Position numbers and translations under genes: made by a program. Positions 8,860-19,200 of a DNA stretch of 52,578 nt are shown here, piece after piece. Position 1 is the stretch's first letter. Every line of letters begins with the position of its first letter. The stretch covers positions 1 to 52,578 of the IMG/VR virus record IMGVR_UViG_3300025141_014116. One strand, 5' to 3'. The notes beneath the pieces were generated by a model. That model was not told the origin of the DNA and searched no databases. It worked only from the letters and a program-made list of their open reading frames with translations. Origin of the DNA: a virus (lineage: Duplodnaviria > Caudoviricetes).

Positions 8860-11800
8860 TTAATATCCCTGCCTGCTTGATGCAAGTTTGTTTTGTGTTG
8901 CCCCTAAGGCAGCTTTAGCAACTTCGCTTTTGGCGCGTTTTGAAACAGGTACCAACTCTCTATGAGGATTATTGGAGTGTCGGGGTCCTTCCATAGCTAT
9001 AGCGACGCCATTCTCCTTAATGTGAATATGGTAGGCCCCTGCGTACCTACCCCCGTTTACCACCCTATAATCTCTTCCGTCAGTATACCTCACCTTATCT
9101 CGTTTTTTAGCACCTGATTGCAATTCTTTTTCAGTCTGGGCGGCGCGGATTGAGCGAAGTCCCTGATTGTATCCTACTGTTGTCTCGACTGAGTGTGCAT
9201 ATTTATTATAGTGGTCCGGGGGGGCGCCATTGGTTCTGCCCCCCTTAAGTGATATTGTCGAAACTGTCTTCGAGGACGATTGGCCTCGTTGGGGAATATC
9301 ACTAGTCCCATAAGGAGAGATAATAAAAATTTTATTGTATAACGGGCCGCGGACTCCATCATATCTCTTAAATTTACTATCAGTTTCTACTAGACGACAC
9401 AGCACCGTAGTGTTTTTAGCCCTCAGGGTATTATACTGCGCAACTGTAAAGTCTACCCAAGTAGGAACAGCGGGAGATATAATATTATTAAGTTTTTTAA
9501 ACCCCGCAAGATATTGGCATTTGCGTATCATTCCGTATTTAAGAGCCATGGCCTGGATTTCAGTGGCACGAGGCTTGGCGTTGAGGTGCGACGCATAATC
9601 TAATTCTTGTTGGGATGGCTTTTTAACATGGGTGTCGTCGTTCGCAAGAAGTGCAATCAGAGCATTCTTCGGCTCCGGATCTGTGCTGGCCTCCAAAACA
9701 TCCTGATAAATTGTATTGGTGGACATTCCCCTATCTCGGAAAACGTGTCCCGATGTTATTTCAAGGGGGGAAAATTCATGTTGATGGAGTCGATCTACTA
9801 AAAAGTCAGTCTGGATTAGGTGGCAGAGAACTTCGAGATTTATCTTGGCTGCGTTTTGGACTTCCACGCTATGATTACCATGAGCAATTGCTGCCATGGT
9901 GGAGGGATCCGGGATTTGGGCCGTATTTCTAATAAAAGGTGACTTCTCGGACAGTATATCGGCCGCATCAATTAATTCTGAGTTTAAGGATACAGTGGGA
10001 CTTATTATATCCCCGAAGGCATTAGAGGCCGCCGGAGGGCCGCATGGATTACCATCGGAGGTGGCCGGCTCAGATAGTATTTGGGGTGTACAATTGTTAG
10101 CTCCCATAATTGCAGTAATACTATTAACGATGTTCATTCGAAGAGGCGAGATATCTGATGGTGCCTCTGGGGGCGTCAGTTGCTGAAAATTCACAGCCGA
10201 GGACCTTAACAAGTTTGCCGCTGTTAACAGGGTGGCGGCTGCCAGATTATTCTCTTGTTGATCTGGGGCCGAAGAATTCACTGTAAATCGATTTTTTCCT
10301 AGTGTTAAAAAATTTGGTGTCAAATAAATACTAGTATTAGAGGCTTGCCCGGACATCGGCAAGTCCCCGATATCTGCTGCTTGCCCCGATGGGGTCTTAG
10401 TTGCTTCGCGATCCATAATATTTTGCATATGATCATAGGATATAACCTTAAAGGGGCCCTTTGAAGCTGGCATCTCATTACTAAGGTTTAAATAATCATA
10501 CCCAAAATCAAGAAAGTCATCAGCATCAACGCAGTCTTGAAAATAAAATTTAAGCTTCATTGTTCGGCGAGTTGATGTTAGGTCTTGGGAAGAAGCCTCA
10601 ATAATGTCTGCTTCGCCGTCGCGAGAACGACGATGGCCAACCAGAATGGTTTCTATTTCTGCTTTAAGGCCGTTTAAGAGTGAAGATAACTTCATCAAGC
10701 CTGAAGGTCCAGGGCCCTTCCAACCGGTTAAGGCTGCTAACTCAGCATCTAATTCATCAATATTTATTGAAGGATAAAAAAGATGCAGCGCCCGTAGATA
10801 GCTCTTCCTAGCTTGAACATCAGGTCTAGAATCAAATTTCATTTTATGATAAGACGACAATATTTTTGCACTATAAACCCCAGAACGTCGGTTATATGCG
10901 GGGCTGCGCGAGATGGTGGCAAAAAAGTTGTCCAAATTTTTAATGGCTTCGTCCAAACCAGAGTCCGGAGAGTCAATAAGGCTTCGAAGTTTGTCTGAAG
11001 TGTGATCTAAGAACTCAAATTCTACACCATATGCGTAGGTCCCAAAAGTTAGTTCTCCAAAATCCTTATCAATGGCTCCCAGGGTGAGAATGTCCTTATT
11101 TCCTACTAAATCATAGAACTGAGGGATTGCCGGTAAGAGCTCTTCGCTGTCTGGAATCGTCTTCGAGGCGCCTCCGCCGCCTGTTAGCCGGCTAATGGGG
11201 GCGTCACTCACCACTCTTCTTCTAAATATTTTAGTAGAGAGAAGAGAAAAGGATGTATTAAGTTCTGATGGATTTTTAATAAGATTTGAATAGAGACCGT
11301 GGTTCTGGAAGTATGCTTTTCTGTTAAATGCAAAAAATAACCCTACTCCGTGATCATCCAATTTAGCTGTATAAAGTGGGGAGAAATATGTGGTTGTCTC
11401 ACTATGTAATTTTTGGATTACGGCCGTGATGTCACTTACTTTAGAATTAAAGTTATAAAACTTTGCCATTGAACTTGAGAGAGTACCCTTCAATATAGAC
11501 AAGGAAGAGTCTTCTGTTACTATAGTATTCGGAACCAATACGGCATACAACGGGTCATAGGGGGCCTCCCCCTTGTACCATTTATCTCCTCGCTGGGTGA
11601 TCCGCCCTCGCCATAGTTTGGTGTGGCCCGGGCCTTCAAATAATAAAACATTTGTTTTGCTAATTGCGCCATCGCGGCGGAGAATTAGTGCGTCCATGGC
11701 CAGAAGAGTGTAAGTCGGTGACGCTGTAGAGTGTGGTGAACTGGCTCGCGGCTGAGCGATGCCTACAAATAGAGTTACATGAGGAGATTTTCCTTCGAAG

Positions 11801-12174
11801 GCCGTGTCTAAAAATCGTTTTTGAACCCAAGAAAGAGTCGTAGTCGAGGATTGAGCTAATTCCTCGTTATCCGGCAATTGAGCCAGCGGGTACCGAGAGA
11901 CAAAAACACCAGGTTTTGGGGTGGCAGTTTGTGTCAGATATTGTAATACGCGGCCTGGGTGGGCGTAAAGTGTATCTGCAATCTCTGGATTGTTAACTGC
12001 CACCAGATACACTATAGGGGAACTATTAATTTGAGGTGTCCGCGAAAGTATCGTATGATTATTTACGTCCACCAGGAGAGATAATTGAACCTGCATCTGT
12101 AATGAGTCGGGGTTAGATAGACGAACATGGTCAATATTAATCCCTAAGTTGGTGTTCCCCAGCGCGATAGCCAT
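8860..12174 (-). CDS. Large putative virion protein (1104 aa) with a C-terminal His-rich mini-domain
   Basis: Long ORF coupled by TAATG to the upstream gene; C-terminal YAGAYHIH...MEGPRH...H motif. Confidence 0.55.
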   Translation of the reverse strand: MAIALGNTNLGINIDHVRLSNPDSLQMQVQLSLLVDVNNHTILSRTPQINSSPIVYLVAVNNPEIADTLYAHPGRVLQYLTQTATPKPGVFVSRYPLAQLPDNEELAQSSTTTLSWVQKRFLDTAFEGKSPHVTLFVGIAQPRASSPHSTASPTYTLLAMDALILRRDGAISKTNVLLFEGPGHTKLWRGRITQRGDKWYKGEAPYDPLYAVLVPNTIVTEDSSLSILKGTLSSSMAKFYNFNSKVSDITAVIQKLHSETTTYFSPLYTAKLDDHGVGLFFAFNRKAYFQNHGLYSNLIKNPSELNTSFSLLSTKIFRRRVVSDAPISRLTGGGGASKTIPDSEELLPAIPQFYDLVGNKDILTLGAIDKDFGELTFGTYAYGVEFEFLDHTSDKLRSLIDSPDSGLDEAIKNLDNFFATISRSPAYNRRSGVYSAKILSSYHKMKFDSRPDVQARKSYLRALHLFYPSINIDELDAELAALTGWKGPGPSGLMKLSSLLNGLKAEIETILVGHRRSRDGEADIIEASSQDLTSTRRTMKLKFYFQDCVDADDFLDFGYDYLNLSNEMPASKGPFKVISYDHMQNIMDREATKTPSGQAADIGDLPMSGQASNTSIYLTPNFLTLGKNRFTVNSSAPDQQENNLAAATLLTAANLLRSSAVNFQQLTPPEAPSDISPLRMNIVNSITAIMGANNCTPQILSEPATSDGNPCGPPAASNAFGDIISPTVSLNSELIDAADILSEKSPFIRNTAQIPDPSTMAAIAHGNHSVEVQNAAKINLEVLCHLIQTDFLVDRLHQHEFSPLEITSGHVFRDRGMSTNTIYQDVLEASTDPEPKNALIALLANDDTHVKKPSQQELDYASHLNAKPRATEIQAMALKYGMIRKCQYLAGFKKLNNIISPAVPTWVDFTVAQYNTLRAKNTTVLCRLVETDSKFKRYDGVRGPLYNKIFIISPYGTSDIPQRGQSSSKTVSTISLKGGRTNGAPPDHYNKYAHSVETTVGYNQGLRSIRAAQTEKELQSGAKKRDKVRYTDGRDYRVVNGGRYAGAYHIHIKENGVAIAMEGPRHSNNPHRELVPVSKRAKSEVAKAALGATQNKLASSRQGY

Positions 12175-13265
12175 TAGTCACACTCCTCCTCGGAAGGTTT
12201 GTAGATGTCCCTAACCAAAAATTCTTTCGTGCTCACCACGTTTGCTATCGTAGAATCGGCGCGGAGCTCTTGGAGGTTAATAAAACTTAGATCCTTGAGG
12301 CTAGCGTGTTCGATGGCTCGGTCAAATGCTATATTTAAGTATTTTCCCACATTCATCGATCCTACTGAGTTCACGGAATCCGGTGCGAAGTAGAGGCGGT
12401 CGACGCCTAGGCTCGTACTATGAAACACCTGTATATCAAAGTTCTCTTTTTTATAAAGCGTATTTTTTTCTTCCACTTCAAAAATAATCTTCCCATCTAC
12501 TAAACGGAAAAAGGTACCATCGGGAAACAACTCAGAAGAAATCTCTTGTACAGCCTCGATATAAGATACCTGATCTGTGGTTATAGACGGCGACATATTT
12601 TCAGGCATAATAAAGGAGTCTGCACTGAAGCTTATGGAGGCCGTTGCCGCAAACACCGTGTTACCCATGTAGCCAGCTGGAAGGGGGAGCTTCTCGACAT
12701 AAACAGGATAATTCATATCAATATTTATTTGAGGAATTAGTTTGTGTGCGTCGCCGCCTATTTTCTTTTCGATTAGTAGATTTTGACTAGAACTTATTTC
12801 ACCTTTTAGAGCAGATATGCTCCATGCGGGGTACTTATTGGAGGAAAGTTCAGAAGTACCGAGGGGTTTCCACTCAAATCCATATTCTTCAGGCTGCTGT
12901 TGGAGAAGAGGATCGTTATAGATAGTATCTAAATACGTATCTTGAACCACAAAAGAGGACCCTGTTATCTCTATCCCATATGCCTCCTCAATATTGGTCC
13001 TAATTATTTGATTTTTAGTTGCAACTCTAGTTTCAATGCCGGCTGGGGTCGAAGGAGGGGCTGTATACGGGCTCTTCTCTTGAATTCTCGGTTCAATACT
13101 ATTTTGCCCTTCGCCGTTGCGGCCTCCCCACGAAGAGTCATACATAATGTCCTCATCAAAAAAGGCGTAATATTCTGGGTTGAAGCGGCCGCGGGCCTGA
13201 AGATTTCGGCCCCATGGGGTCAATACTATTTCCAAGACATCTTCTTTAGGATTAAAGAACTTCAT
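12174..13265 (-). CDS. Virion structural protein; N-terminus paralogous to 3462..4430
   Basis: MKFFNPKEDVLEIVLTPWGRNLQARG..NPEYYAFFDEDIMY aligns by eye with MAFLDNSGDIIVDALLTPAGRKACATG..TITYFAFCDDPINY. Confidence 0.6.
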   Translation of the reverse strand: MKFFNPKEDVLEIVLTPWGRNLQARGRFNPEYYAFFDEDIMYDSSWGGRNGEGQNSIEPRIQEKSPYTAPPSTPAGIETRVATKNQIIRTNIEEAYGIEITGSSFVVQDTYLDTIYNDPLLQQQPEEYGFEWKPLGTSELSSNKYPAWSISALKGEISSSQNLLIEKKIGGDAHKLIPQINIDMNYPVYVEKLPLPAGYMGNTVFAATASISFSADSFIMPENMSPSITTDQVSYIEAVQEISSELFPDGTFFRLVDGKIIFEVEEKNTLYKKENFDIQVFHSTSLGVDRLYFAPDSVNSVGSMNVGKYLNIAFDRAIEHASLKDLSFINLQELRADSTIANVVSTKEFLVRDIYKPSEEECD

Positions 13266-16200
13266 TTATTCATCTCCAAACCAATCCGGGTCGATCAAGG
13301 GTGATGAACCCAAGCCGGGCAGCGCTGCAGCTGTCGCGGTAAAGTTGCTGGTTGGAACTGCAGGTGCAGTTGGGATATTCTGCGGTGCTGCGGAGGCTGC
13401 CGTCGGACTTGGGGGCGCCGAGGGGGGAGCATCGTCACAGTCTCCGCCGCGGCCGGTGTATGTAATACTTTCATCTATCTTAACTAGTTCGACCAAGGAT
13501 AACCAATCGTACGGCCAGTTATAAGTATACTTATTTCTCGATCGTGATCTCGTATCTGTCTCTGTTATGAGTTGAGGCTCGCAGGGATCGTCTATTAATT
13601 CTGTCGTATACTGCTCACGGAAAGACTCAAAATTAGATTGGGCGCGCTGTTTAACTCTAAATACGAGCCATCTTAAGTCCTCCCGTAACTTGCGCGTTGT
13701 TTTATTAATCAATTCCCCAGCGCCAATGGGATCAAGCTGAATTCGCGCGTCGTGTTGGAAAACAGCTGTACAGGGGCTCGCAGTAGGATCCCGGAATTTT
13801 TGTGGTAATACATTTTGCCAGATATCAGTTAGATCTTGTTTAGTAAGATCCACGTGGAATTCAAAAACATACATAGCTACCTTTTCTTTTTCAAAAAGCG
13901 GCGGGAATATGTAAGTCTTGAGATGTTGATCGATCTCTGGCGCCCTCCTCGCGGAGCGGGGGAGCTTAAAGAACTTTCTTCTTCCGTCACTAGCAAGAAT
14001 AAACGGCACAGCTATGACGGCTTCTTTTACCCTAAGACCTTCACGTACTGTTCCGAGCCTTTTTTCAACTCCCTCTTCAAATCCCACGAGGTCTGCTAAA
14101 GAGCGCGGGGCCCGGTAGGTTTGGCCGGCTAAAGTTACAGATGTAGGAGTATCAATTGATGCAAACACTCCATTATGCCCCGTCGGAATTTGACCATATT
14201 GGTGCCACATTCCCACACTAGTGAGTCGCCGGTCCGCGTCTGCAGCCATAGGAGTGGCGGATTGAGGCGGTAGTGTGACGGAGGAAGCTATATCTGAGAA
14301 ATCAAGGACGGGGCATTCCCACTTGGGCGCTATTTCCCATACAACTTCGAGATCAGTGGTGCCTTTAATTTTAGCCTGTCTTATTGTATTTAAATGATAA
14401 CTTTCTGATAGCTGTTGAGCAAACCAATAGCCCACAGCACCAGTATGGTAATTATCTGACTCATAGTCGCGACTATAAATATACTTAGCATTACTCAATA
14501 AGTCACCTAAGGTAGGAGCGGCTCCGAAGGAAGCACTAGTCAAAATAGTCACAGAACTCTTCCCGTAGAAATATGAAGGAAGGTTGGGCGCCTGAGAAGC
14601 AGAGTGAACTATCGTGCTTGTGCCATTAATGCCGCCTGCCATGCCGCCAGACGCGTAATAGCTGGCGGAGGTTATAGAGGACCAAATATTCTTATTTCCC
14701 GCTGAGCCGCCGCCCTGATTTGTTAAGCTAATGCGCGCGTTGGCTGCGGAGCCGTTGACTGTACCAGAGATATTCATGGTAGCAGAATCATGAAGTTTAT
14801 TAATGAAATTGGTAGCGGTGGTAGCGGCGTTTTCCGCTAGCAACTGAAAATCGGTACCAAGGCTCGGAGAGCCCTTCATAGTGAAGGTCGTCGTCGTTGC
14901 GCTACCGTCAGTGCCCCCATCTCGCAGAGTAAAGCTATCACCAGATGTAAGAGAATATCTAGCCATGGCTCCGCCGGCCATACCATGCACCTTCGAGAAT
15001 CGATTTAGGCCTGGGTATCCGAGCGAATTGGTGACGGCAGTAATCGCGACATTACCATCGCTGCCAGTTGTCCCATTGGTCACCACCACTCGGGACGTGT
15101 TCAAGACTGTACTAGGTTCATGATTTGTTGCCGTAGCTGTAACATTAAATGCAGCTTGTGCATTAATAGCAGCTGCTAAGTTCGTTCCCGTTTGCATTGC
15201 ACTACTAGTAATTAACGCCACCATCTTATCCTCGGCGCCTTCTGCGCAAAGGCCGGCCTGTTGCTGAAGGTAAAAGTCGAAAGCCGTAGTACTTCCGTCC
15301 GTGCCTCCATCAGATATAGTATAAGCATCGCAATTTAACGAACCAGTCCAGGAGCCGGTGGCTCCATTGGCGAAGCCGGATTTTGAGGCGCCGGCGAAAG
15401 TGTATTCAATACCGTAGTTGTAATCAGGGCCGGCGGTGCTCTGAGTGAGCTGAACGTATTCGGTACCTCCCTTATTGCATGTGCCGCCAGTCTTGACAAA
15501 CGCGGAATTTGTAATGGCGGTGAACAAATTCTCGCGCTGAGTGGTATTGCTCGTTCCTACATTAACATCCCATTCGGTATTTTCCTCATTAATTACGGCT
15601 GTTGGGCCGTCGCTCAGAATAAAAGTATAAACGGTTCCGCTAGAGCCGGTGAAGTACATCCGTTGCCCGGCGACGTTGTCAGCGTAGCTCCATATTCTTA
15701 CATAACCATTAGCTTTAACGCCTGGGCCGCGGCTGGCCGTAAGTAAGATGTAGCCGCTTGCAGCTTTGCCGGCAATTGCGATACTACTAGTCAGATCAAT
15801 GTAGCCGGATGACGAAACTGCGCTTGTTGTCTGTGCGCTGCCGCTGTCTAAAACAAATGGTGCACCAAAAGCTGTTGCGCGATTATACATCTCGAAATTA
15901 GTACGGTCTGCGCGGAGATCCTTGCCCAGCGTACGTCTTAAATTAAATGTCATAGCGTAATGCTGACCGGCGATGACGTCTTCTTTAAACTGGCCTTCCG
16001 GCTTCGAACGAAAAACTGGGCGCTGAGATTCATCGATAAACCAATACATGCTGGAAGCCAAAAAGTTATCAATAGCTAAATTATATAACGGGCTGGCTTG
16101 TCCGGACCACCGTACCTTATTAAGTTGTGAGGTGGTGCCCGCAGACTGGGATAAACTAGCAGATGCAAGTCCATTATCATAAAAAGATCCTTTTGTGGAG

Positions 16201-19200
16201 CTAGAGCCGCTCACCACGTTCGCGGAAAATCCTATCGCGGGACGATACAACGCCTCAAATGGAACACGCTGGAAGTTATAGAAATTATCCGACCGGTTGG
16301 ATGAGGCTGAAAGAAGACTAGAGCTTCCATAATTCACGATTCCTTCGGGGAAGGTGGTATTTCTACAATTAGCTGAAGCTGAGGCTCTAGGCTTGGAAAT
16401 ATCATATAGCTTTCCGGCTCTCTCGTGGGCAGTACAAATATGGCTTCCTACGGCGATACCAGATTTAACTGAATTGAGTAGGAGGGACGTCCATGGTTCC
16501 AGGAAGGCGCGCCAAGTTGCCCTATAGGACGTTTCTTTGCCGTCAGCGTCGGTCCCGTTAAGGGCGACGTCGTCGGTGATCGACTTAGAAAACAAGGTGC
16601 CAAGTTTAAGAGCATATTCTGCCGGGAAGAATCCTTCATACGGAAGTGGTTTTACTAAAGCGGTGCACATCAAGCCAAACTGAGATTTTTCTAAAACAGA
16701 GCCGTCAACCAGTTCCGCTGATTCTGCAGTATCAACGAACTTAAAGAATTTCATGAAATCTGAGTTTGCGTAGTCTCGGAAAAAGCCGTCTTGGGATGAG
16801 TTTGCATACTTGGAACCCGTAATCTCAAACCAATCATCGATATTATCGAGAGTAAAGAAGTCTTCTTTATTGGTCTCATAATATTCTTCTAAGTGTTCAG
16901 AGATGCGGAATTCTGGAACCAAGGAGTGGTCCTTTCCTATAAGCATAATATTCTTACTATAAACTTTATAGGTTTCGTGAGGAATGCGAGTATGATAGTC
17001 TGATGTGCCGGCATAGGTGCCTGACAATTGAAATTCAGTTCCGCCGCCGAGGGCCAAGTTCCCGTACGTGTCTGAGCCCACAGGCACTTTCCAGGCATAG
17101 GTCACGGCGCCAGAGATAGAATTTCTCCCGGCTTTGCCGTAGCGGCTATACGAATTTTGTAGTTCTCCATCGCCCATTGAGGCGCCAGGGTTGATTCCAG
17201 GCAAAATCGGAACAACTGTTTTAAAGTTAACATGTGCATCGAGTGGCCACGCGCTTTGGCTCAGAATAATTTGTCCTTGTGAATTGCGAGTAGTAAAGCC
17301 CTGTTGAATAGGGATGGATGTCCTCAATTTACGGCGATCGTTCCAATATCTATCAATACTAAAGTTCTGTCGTAAGAATGTGCGACCCAAATAAGAATTA
17401 TAAGCCGCAGGGTAGACGCGCTGGCGGTATACCAACGAGATTCCTGAAATAGCAGCCCCCAAATCACTATCGTTATTACTTTTGAATATCAAATTATTAA
17501 TACGATTTACGTATAAATCAGCAGCTGCAGGGTTAGAACTATTAGGTACGCGGCTGTTCAAGTCATAATCAGCGAAATTAATCAACTTATTCCCATACGT
17601 ATTGGTAAGAACCACATTCGAATTTGCGGCGCCGTACTGTACACTGGCGTCGGCGGCGTTTGTGGTCTGCTGAACCTCGGGTGTGAAAGCACTAACCTTC
17701 ATGCGATGAACAATTGGATGTTCTTCCGAATACATCGCGGGCTCGACATACTGGCGGAAGGAATTTCCTCGTGTAGAGTTTATTTCTCTATCGTATGCTG
17801 TTTGTGTAACGATAGTAATAAGATTATTTTTCCTATTATGCCTCATCACGGGGCTCTCGGCCACCCTCATTTGTTTCCAAGAGGGCCACTGATATGGACC
17901 GTTGCGCATAAGCATCAAATGATGAAAAATATCTCCTATCCTAACGCGGCGTTTAAGCTTCTCATCGCGGGCGAGAATCCGATAAGCTGTGAGATTTTTT
18001 GTGAGTGGGTACCCTAACGTATTGATCGAGGATGTTATCGGATCATAGAGGAGCAAGTTTAGATTATCAAAGTTGGTTTCGAGACGTGACATCCAACCGC
18101 TGGCCGGGGATTCGTCAATCTCTACTGCCGGCGTTGTAGAAGAGGTTATCACCGGCAACGTTGGTATAAAATATCCGCCGCTTAGGTGTGAGTAGCCAAA
18201 TATAGAGGCTCCCCGCTGTAGGGATGATGTTACCCACATATATCCCTGGGTAGACCGTGGGATCGGATGTTGGATATACCAGTTATCATACCAGGATGAA
18301 GTAATATAACTCGTAGCACCAGTTTCTTTGATTCGCTTTCGAGGATTCATGTTAACTTTGTGCCAGGAAGCAGACAAGCGCGTCTGGGTAGGACTCCCGT
18401 AAACAGCATCAAGACCATACTGGCCACAGTGGAGGGTCTGAAGTTGCTTAAGGCCTCGCTGGTGGTTAATTTGATCCACCACTCTTATGCTTCCAGTTAT
18501 AGATTTGTCTGGAAGGACGCTGGTTGAGCCGCTAGTGGTACCGGGATATCCGTAATCACGAACTCGTAAGTTTCGATATGGAAGTACACTATAGACCGAT
18601 TTCTCTTCATGGGGTGGTTCCAGATACCCGCGTGATACAGATTCGTAAGAGCCGGGTGACCTAAACAAGCAAACCATCACTGTCTCATTGGAGTTGGGAC
18701 CATCACGGTTTGGCAGTTGATAGTCTAAGTTGCCTCCCACATTAGGTGTTTCGGTAGTGGGAGTTAAAAGCGGGAATCGGCCACGAGTGGCTAATGTCTC
18801 GGGATAACTAGCAAAACTGAAATTTGTGCGTTCGAAAAACAAATCGTTAGTAGTGCGGCCCGGCGCTTGAATAACTTGCAAATTTTGATTATAATTGCCA
18901 ATACGGCCGTGAGCTATTGTACCCGAGAGTCTGGTGCCTAGTGACTCAGTTGTTATTAAAATATTACTAATATTAACCGGCCGCTTGGTTCCAACATTGC
19001 GCCACAAGTTACCAACCGGAGTATTTGGATTTTCAGTGAATCCGGTGCCAGCCGTATAAGACGTAAAGTTGGGAGGCAAAAGGCCGATATTGCGTCCCGA
19101 TATAAAACCCCCTCCTGAGGAGGAGACCTTCTGATATCCTAGGCGTATCAGCCAACCTTCTTGACGCGTCGTGGCCATTGGCTCAACGTGTCGATACTCG

